From Azolla caroliniana (taxonomy: Eukaryota; Plantae; Polypodiophyta): a DNA stretch of 13,640 bases. Every line of letters starts with the position of its first letter. Positions within the stretch are counted from its first letter, which is position 1. Both the position numbers and the translations under genes were made by a program. Location of the stretch: positions 1-13,640 of the forward strand of contig JBHGNT010000936.1 of assembly GCA_043228905.1 (NCBI GenBank). Reading direction: 5' to 3'. The notes beneath the pieces were generated by a model, which had not been told where the DNA came from, did no database searches, and saw only the letters and a program-made list of their open reading frames with translations. Positions 9,146 to 13,640 of the stretch are shown in pieces.

Positions 9146-9564
9146 TGTTGTTCTCTGACCGGACAAGGCCTAACACAAGGTGTCGCGGAGACACTTCACC
9201 AAAGGGTGGTTACGGCATAGGATTATGACTCAACGATTACACCGACTTACGTAGGTTACACGATTAGAGCGCTTTTGTTAATTACACACGTAAGATATAA
9301 CAGTAATTACAGAACGGAAATCAACACAGAAGTATAAACACCATACGCTCTATTAATTATCCGCTGCGATTACAATGGGCTCTGGGCCTTTAAATAGGTT
9401 TCCGGTCCGTAGTACAAAACGGTGCCTATCGCACCTATTCGGGATCCGTCCGGATCTGGAACGGCATACCGTTTCCAGTCCGTCCGTCCATATTATGCTT
9501 ATTTACAACCATACTTAATTAATTCCTTCACTCCGTATTTTGGACTTCTTGCCGGCCGGTAACA
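9146..9564 (-). mobile_element. Probable 3' LTR of the Gypsy element
   Basis: TGTT...AACA termini (9146 and 9564). Minus-strand TATTTAAA at 9396-9389 is followed by TTGTAA. No clean PPT abuts 9564, so that boundary is tentative. Confidence 0.6.
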
Positions 9565-9616
9565 CATGGCACGCCCGTGGGACAGTACCTTGTACGTCGA
9601 ACCCTTCTCGGCCCCT

Positions 9617-12457
9617 TCATTGTTCACCCAAATTGTCCAAAATACTTTGTTCCAGAGTTTCCAATTGTTCTTCCAGTTGTGGTTGTTGCGGCTGTGCTTG
9701 CTGCTGCTGCTGTGGTTGCGGTTGGGACTGAGACTGCTCCGGCTGCTCTATAGGCGGCTGCTCCGTTTGTTTCTCTGACTCCGGCATCCCCGTTTGACTG
9801 CTTCCGGTCCGGTCTCCTTCCAGTAACGGTTCCTCATCACTGAGGTTGACCGTTACTAGTTCTCGTGCTTTCTCTTCCCGGATCCGGGACCTCTCGTAGC
9901 TTTCAAACTGGATCTGCGCCTCCAGCCTGTCGTCGTCCAGCTGAGCTACAAGTTGCCAGACTTGCCCTAGTTGGTCCTCTGCCAAGGCTTGAAAGTCTTC
10001 GGCCATCTCATCTCTTATGCCGGTGAAGTCTTCGGAAGTCAGCATATAGCAATCATCTCCCTCCTTCCGCCGGTTCTCTACGTCGGCCCGGAGCAATTGG
10101 AGTTCCGCCGCGTTCGGGGCCCACTTGGTCCACCATTTGACGGAACCGTTGTCAATCAAGCTCTTGGTCTGGTTCAACCAGGCCCGCATGATATCCTGGA
10201 TGCGACTTGCTCCCATTTGCGCTCTACTTTCCACAACTTGTCGTTCCTCCTTCAACTGCTTGATGAGATTAGCCGTATCCTCCGCCTGCTCTCTGTAGCG
10301 CGTCAGCTGCCCTTGATATGTTGTCTGCAGCCTCTGCAGTACCTCCGCCGCTCTTTCTCTTTCCGCCTGCTGTTGCCTGAGGAGCTCTGTCCGAACCTTC
10401 TCTGCCTCTTCCAACCGTCTTCTGGTTTCCGCTTGTTCATTAGCGTATGCCGTTGCGGTCCGATCAACTGCTTGCCGGAGCTCATCCGTCCGTTCCTTGT
10501 GCTCCGTTTGCAACCGTTTATACTCCCGGTGCAAGTGCTCAAATTCCTCCGTTTTTTGTTTGAGCTTGCCGTTGATCTGGCGATGGTTCCGGTCCTCCCG
10601 GTCCTTTAGCTGCCGGAGTTCCTCTTTCAGGCGCTCTACTTCTGTTTCGGCGTTTCTCCGGAGCCTGTCCTTCTCTTGCAGCATTTTCTCCTTTTCCTCC
10701 TTGAGCCGGTCGTACGCTTGGTGGCCTTTTCGTAAGCTCTCCTCGGCCCGGCGTAGATTCTCAACAGTCTTTTTGAGTTCTGCCTCCGCTGCCGTCTTCA
10801 ACTCTCTTTCGCGGCTCCTCAGCGCTTCTTGGGCAGCTAGCTCATCCTTTAAGTCCGCAAGCTCTTGGGCTTGTGCCGCATTTCTCTCCGAAACGGTTTC
10901 CGTTGCCGGGGTCTGATTGCTATGTACAGGTTGATCTGACGCTTTATTCTGTACATTGCCCGGAGTCACCGGTGCTTGGACTTGTGTTGTCAAAGCCAAT
11001 TGAGCCATTTCCCTTGTGACCCTGTCCAAGTCTTGTTCAAGGCTCCGGATTCTGGACCGGGCCGTCTCTAGATCTACGGTTGTGACGAGCAACCGTTCGT
11101 GGTGCGCTCTCTCCTCCGCCTCTATGTACTCGACCGCTCCGACGATCTGCTCGCCTACCCACCGTAGCCACATGCTACTGGTGCCTTGCTGCTGTACTGG
11201 TCGGGTCGGCTCATTCACTGTGGAATTGTCTGGCCTGAGTGCCTGTATCTGCCGTTCTGGTTCTACTCCTTGGCCGCTGTGTGTGCTGGCTGGGCTCGCC
11301 GGCTGTTGAGTTCCGGTTCTCGCCGTCTCCGGAGCCGTTGGAATGACTTCTTGTATAGAAGTCGACAAGGCCGGTTCTATACGCACCGGTTCCGGTTCCT
11401 CCCTTGTGGTTTCCTCAGGTTGAGTTGGGGGCGTTTCTTCCTTTTGCAGGTCCGAACGCTCCCCCACTGTCCCGGCGGTCCTACTTCTTGACCGTCGTTG
11501 GAGGTGCTCTACTGGCTCCTCCGTTTCCTCTTCCTGGGTAACGGCATGTATCTGTGCCGTCAAGGGTTCCGGTTCCTTCTGTCCCGGTCGCCGTATGGTT
11601 ATCTTAACGGGTCGGACCGGTGACACCTCCTCCGGTTCTGGGAGCCGTTTCTTCCCTTTCGTTGCCTTCGACGCCAGCAACTGCTGTCGTTTGGACGCGG
11701 GTTTCGAGGTGCTTCCTTCCGATAATCTTGGCCGCTTCTTTGGCTGGACGGTCTTGACCGGCGGCACGAGCAATGTTATCCACTGAGCTACGGCATGCCA
11801 CAGCTTCCGGCCCTCCTTGCCGTCCTTTCCTCGTACCGTGTCGATTGCCGCGCACAAACCGTCTGCAATCAACACCGGCCAATCCACCTTGATCCCTTCA
11901 TAGGTGGCTATGATCATCCCTGCCCGATTTTTTGGCATGACAGGGGGTCGGGGGTACACGTGGCCGTACTCATGGAGCACTCGAGCTATCTCCCTGAATA
12001 GCGGATCTTCGCCGCCCTGCGTTCGATAGCCTTTGCCGGCTAGAGAGTACTCACCGAAATATCGGATGAGTTGCTCCGAGGTTGGGTTATCGATCTGAAA
12101 AATACCTCCCTCCGGAAGGCCTGTTAGCGCACGGATCGCTTCCTCGGTGATGACTTCTGTGTCGAGCTCCTTGATGACCCGGTCGGCTTCTTTGTGCGGT
12201 GGTGCCTCCATGATGGTCAAGAACCCATCCAGTCCGTGTTGCCTGAGCCATTTCCTGGCCGCTTCCGACAGCGTTTGTGGGTCCATGTCTGCTTCGAGGT
12301 CGAGGAAAGATGGCGAGGTAGAGTGGTGATGAGAGTGAGAACGAGAGAGAGAGAGTTCCGAACGTGGGGGTTCTCTGAGTGCAGGTTCGTGTTTGCTAAG
12401 CTTCCACTGCCTTGGTGCTTCTGTGCTTCTTGGCTTGCGAAATGAAAAGGTCTCCAT
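9617..12457 (-). CDS. Retrotransposon extra (env-position) ORF, 946 aa: globular N-domain, basic motifs, disordered linker, long coiled coil, Q-rich tail
   Basis: Uninterrupted 2.8-kb ORF between pol and the LTR. ITEEAIRALTGLP and EGIKVDWPVLI resemble plant TE-associated domains. E/K/R/Q heptads at about aa 445-750. An alternative start lies at 12286 (MDPQ). Confidence 0.85.
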   Translation of the reverse strand: METFSFRKPRSTEAPRQWKLSKHEPALREPPRSELSLSRSHSHHHSTSPSFLDLEADMDPQTLSEAARKWLRQHGLDGFLTIMEAPPHKEADRVIKELDTEVITEEAIRALTGLPEGGIFQIDNPTSEQLIRYFGEYSLAGKGYRTQGGEDPLFREIARVLHEYGHVYPRPPVMPKNRAGMIIATYEGIKVDWPVLIADGLCAAIDTVRGKDGKEGRKLWHAVAQWITLLVPPVKTVQPKKRPRLSEGSTSKPASKRQQLLASKATKGKKRLPEPEEVSPVRPVKITIRRPGQKEPEPLTAQIHAVTQEEETEEPVEHLQRRSRSRTAGTVGERSDLQKEETPPTQPEETTREEPEPVRIEPALSTSIQEVIPTAPETARTGTQQPASPASTHSGQGVEPERQIQALRPDNSTVNEPTRPVQQQGTSSMWLRWVGEQIVGAVEYIEAEERAHHERLLVTTVDLETARSRIRSLEQDLDRVTREMAQLALTTQVQAPVTPGNVQNKASDQPVHSNQTPATETVSERNAAQAQELADLKDELAAQEALRSRERELKTAAEAELKKTVENLRRAEESLRKGHQAYDRLKEEKEKMLQEKDRLRRNAETEVERLKEELRQLKDREDRNHRQINGKLKQKTEEFEHLHREYKRLQTEHKERTDELRQAVDRTATAYANEQAETRRRLEEAEKVRTELLRQQQAERERAAEVLQRLQTTYQGQLTRYREQAEDTANLIKQLKEERQVVESRAQMGASRIQDIMRAWLNQTKSLIDNGSVKWWTKWAPNAAELQLLRADVENRRKEGDDCYMLTSEDFTGIRDEMAEDFQALAEDQLGQVWQLVAQLDDDRLEAQIQFESYERSRIREEKARELVTVNLSDEEPLLEGDRTGSSQTGMPESEKQTEQPPIEQPEQSQSQPQPQQQQQAQPQQPQLEEQLETLEQSILDNLGEQ

Positions 12458-12619
12458 GCGTTCTGCTTTTTTCTCTGTGCGTCTTGGCGCCTTTTTCGAG
12501 CATGCGCACGTCGTGTACCAATTTAGTATTAAGTAATGTGGCGGCTCTTAGATGCCCACTACGTACCTTTTCGCTCCTTGCTTTCACGTCCGTTCATACC
12601 TCGATTTTTAATGATTTCT

Positions 12620-12652
12620 CTTTTTTTTATTTTTTTTTATTTTATTTTTATA
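12620..12652 (-). repeat. A-rich tract between pol and the extra ORF
   Basis: Plus-strand T runs punctuated by single A. Confidence 0.8.
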
Positions 12653-12709
12653 AATGACGGTATGTGATCTTACACCTCCGTAGGTCCCTTCGGACCCTTA
12701 CCGTTTTCC

Positions 12710-13639
12710 TTACGGGTTGTCGTGTCTTTCTTCGCCTCTGCTACGGGTTCCCCGTCGTCTTTTTCTTCCATCCGTTACCGTTCCCGGTATAGTGCCGGTG
12801 GGCTGCATAAACGGGTTATTTGGCATCGGTCCTTTATAGGGCTTTAGTCTAAATCCGTTGACCCACTTGCCTAGCACTTCACCGGCAAGTGTCCCTAACT
12901 GATAGGACCCGTTGTATTCTCGTGTCAGCCAATACGGGCCTGTCCATCTAAACCGGAGTTTACCCGGCATCTTGCCCATCCTCGTTTGGAATACTAGCAC
13001 CGGCTTTCCGATTTCGAACATCTTTTCATTACCTTTCCGGTGACGGTCAACGAACGCTTTCCGTCGTCGTTGCTCCAGTTCCATGTGTAGGATGCTGGCC
13101 AGCCGTTGCTCCTCCAGTTCGCATAGTGCTGCTAGCCGCATTTCCTCCGACTCCTTTTCATTCAGCCGTTCCCGTAGTTGGATCCGTAAGCTTGGTACCT
13201 GAAATTCCACCGGCATGACCGCCTCTAAGCCGAACGCTAACCGGAACGGCGTTGTCCGGATACTTGTTTTGTATGCCGTTCGGTACGCCCATAGCGCGCT
13301 ATGGAGCTTTGTATCCCAGTCCGTCCGGTTTTCATTGACGATTTTGCGGAGAATGTTCTGGAGCGTTTTGTTGGTTGACTCTGCTAACCCGTTTGCTTGT
13401 GGGTAGTACGGTGTGCTCCGTTTATGGATCACGGCATAGAACGTTGTTAAGCTTTCAACTACCTGGCCGAGGAAGTGCCCTCCTTGGTCGCTGATTAATT
13501 CAATCGGACATCCATATCGGCACCAAATGTTTTCGTACATGAATTTTGCTGTGGATGACGCGGTGTTGTCTTTCAAGGCCTTAGCCTCCACCCCTTTAGT
13601 GCAATAATCTGTTGCCACGATGACATAACGATTACCCGT
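12710..13639 (-). CDS. Gypsy pol C-terminus: integrase core and GPY module (partial, runs off window)
   Basis: RYVIVATDY, LISDQGGHF, TPYYPQANGLAESTNK, ALWAYRT, TPFRLAFG, WTGPY, VNGFRLKPY. The frame is open throughout. Confidence 0.96.
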   Translation of the reverse strand, partial: TGNRYVIVATDYCTKGVEAKALKDNTASSTAKFMYENIWCRYGCPIELISDQGGHFLGQVVESLTTFYAVIHKRSTPYYPQANGLAESTNKTLQNILRKIVNENRTDWDTKLHSALWAYRTAYKTSIRTTPFRLAFGLEAVMPVEFQVPSLRIQLRERLNEKESEEMRLAALCELEEQRLASILHMELEQRRRKAFVDRHRKGNEKMFEIGKPVLVFQTRMGKMPGKLRFRWTGPYWLTREYNGSYQLGTLAGEVLGKWVNGFRLKPYKGPMPNNPFMQPTGTIPGTVTDGRKRRRGTRSRGEERHDNP

Positions 13640-13640
13640 T

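Larger units (their letters stand above)
9146..13640 (-). mobile_element. Non-chromovirus Ty3/Gypsy retrotransposon, 3' part (integrase, extra ORF, 3' LTR)
   Basis: Integrase without a chromodomain, followed by a large same-sense ORF and an LTR. Interrupts LINE ORF2. Confidence 0.9.

Noticed and set aside
9146-9228. C-terminus LFSDRTRPN...GIGL of ORF 8416-9228 as part of LINE ORF2
   Set aside because: Run-on into the inserted Gypsy LTR.
9971-11491. Plus-strand ORFs of 97-212 aa
   Set aside because: Antisense shadows of the 946-aa ORF.
9617-12457. Host SMC/myosin gene or true envelope glycoprotein
   Set aside because: No ATPase or motor motifs, no introns, no clear transmembrane segment, and it lies between pol and the LTR.

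Overview
The whole 13.6 kb window is a nest of retrotransposons with no host gene; the element types suggest a non-seed land plant (inference). Left to right: (1) a decayed Ty1/Copia gag-protease-integrase, cut off at 2341; (2) a Copia-type LTR (2342-~3135) carrying a 4 x 54-bp tandem array; (3) the 3' end of a minus-strand Ty3 chromovirus (LTR, PPT, chromodomain, broken integrase; ~3138-4389); (4) a further LTR-like segment starting at 4390; (5) a long two-ORF LINE (coiled-coil/RRM ORF1, APE-RT ORF2, RTEX-like) cut at 9145; (6) a well-preserved minus-strand non-chromovirus Ty3/Gypsy with integrase, an intact 946-aa extra ORF and a 3' LTR. Highlights are the extra ORF, the in-frame UGA-CGG junction between LINE ORF1 and ORF2, and a 300-bp LTR that packs a tRNA-like A/B-box module, a heat-shock element array, a TATA box and a perfect palindrome.
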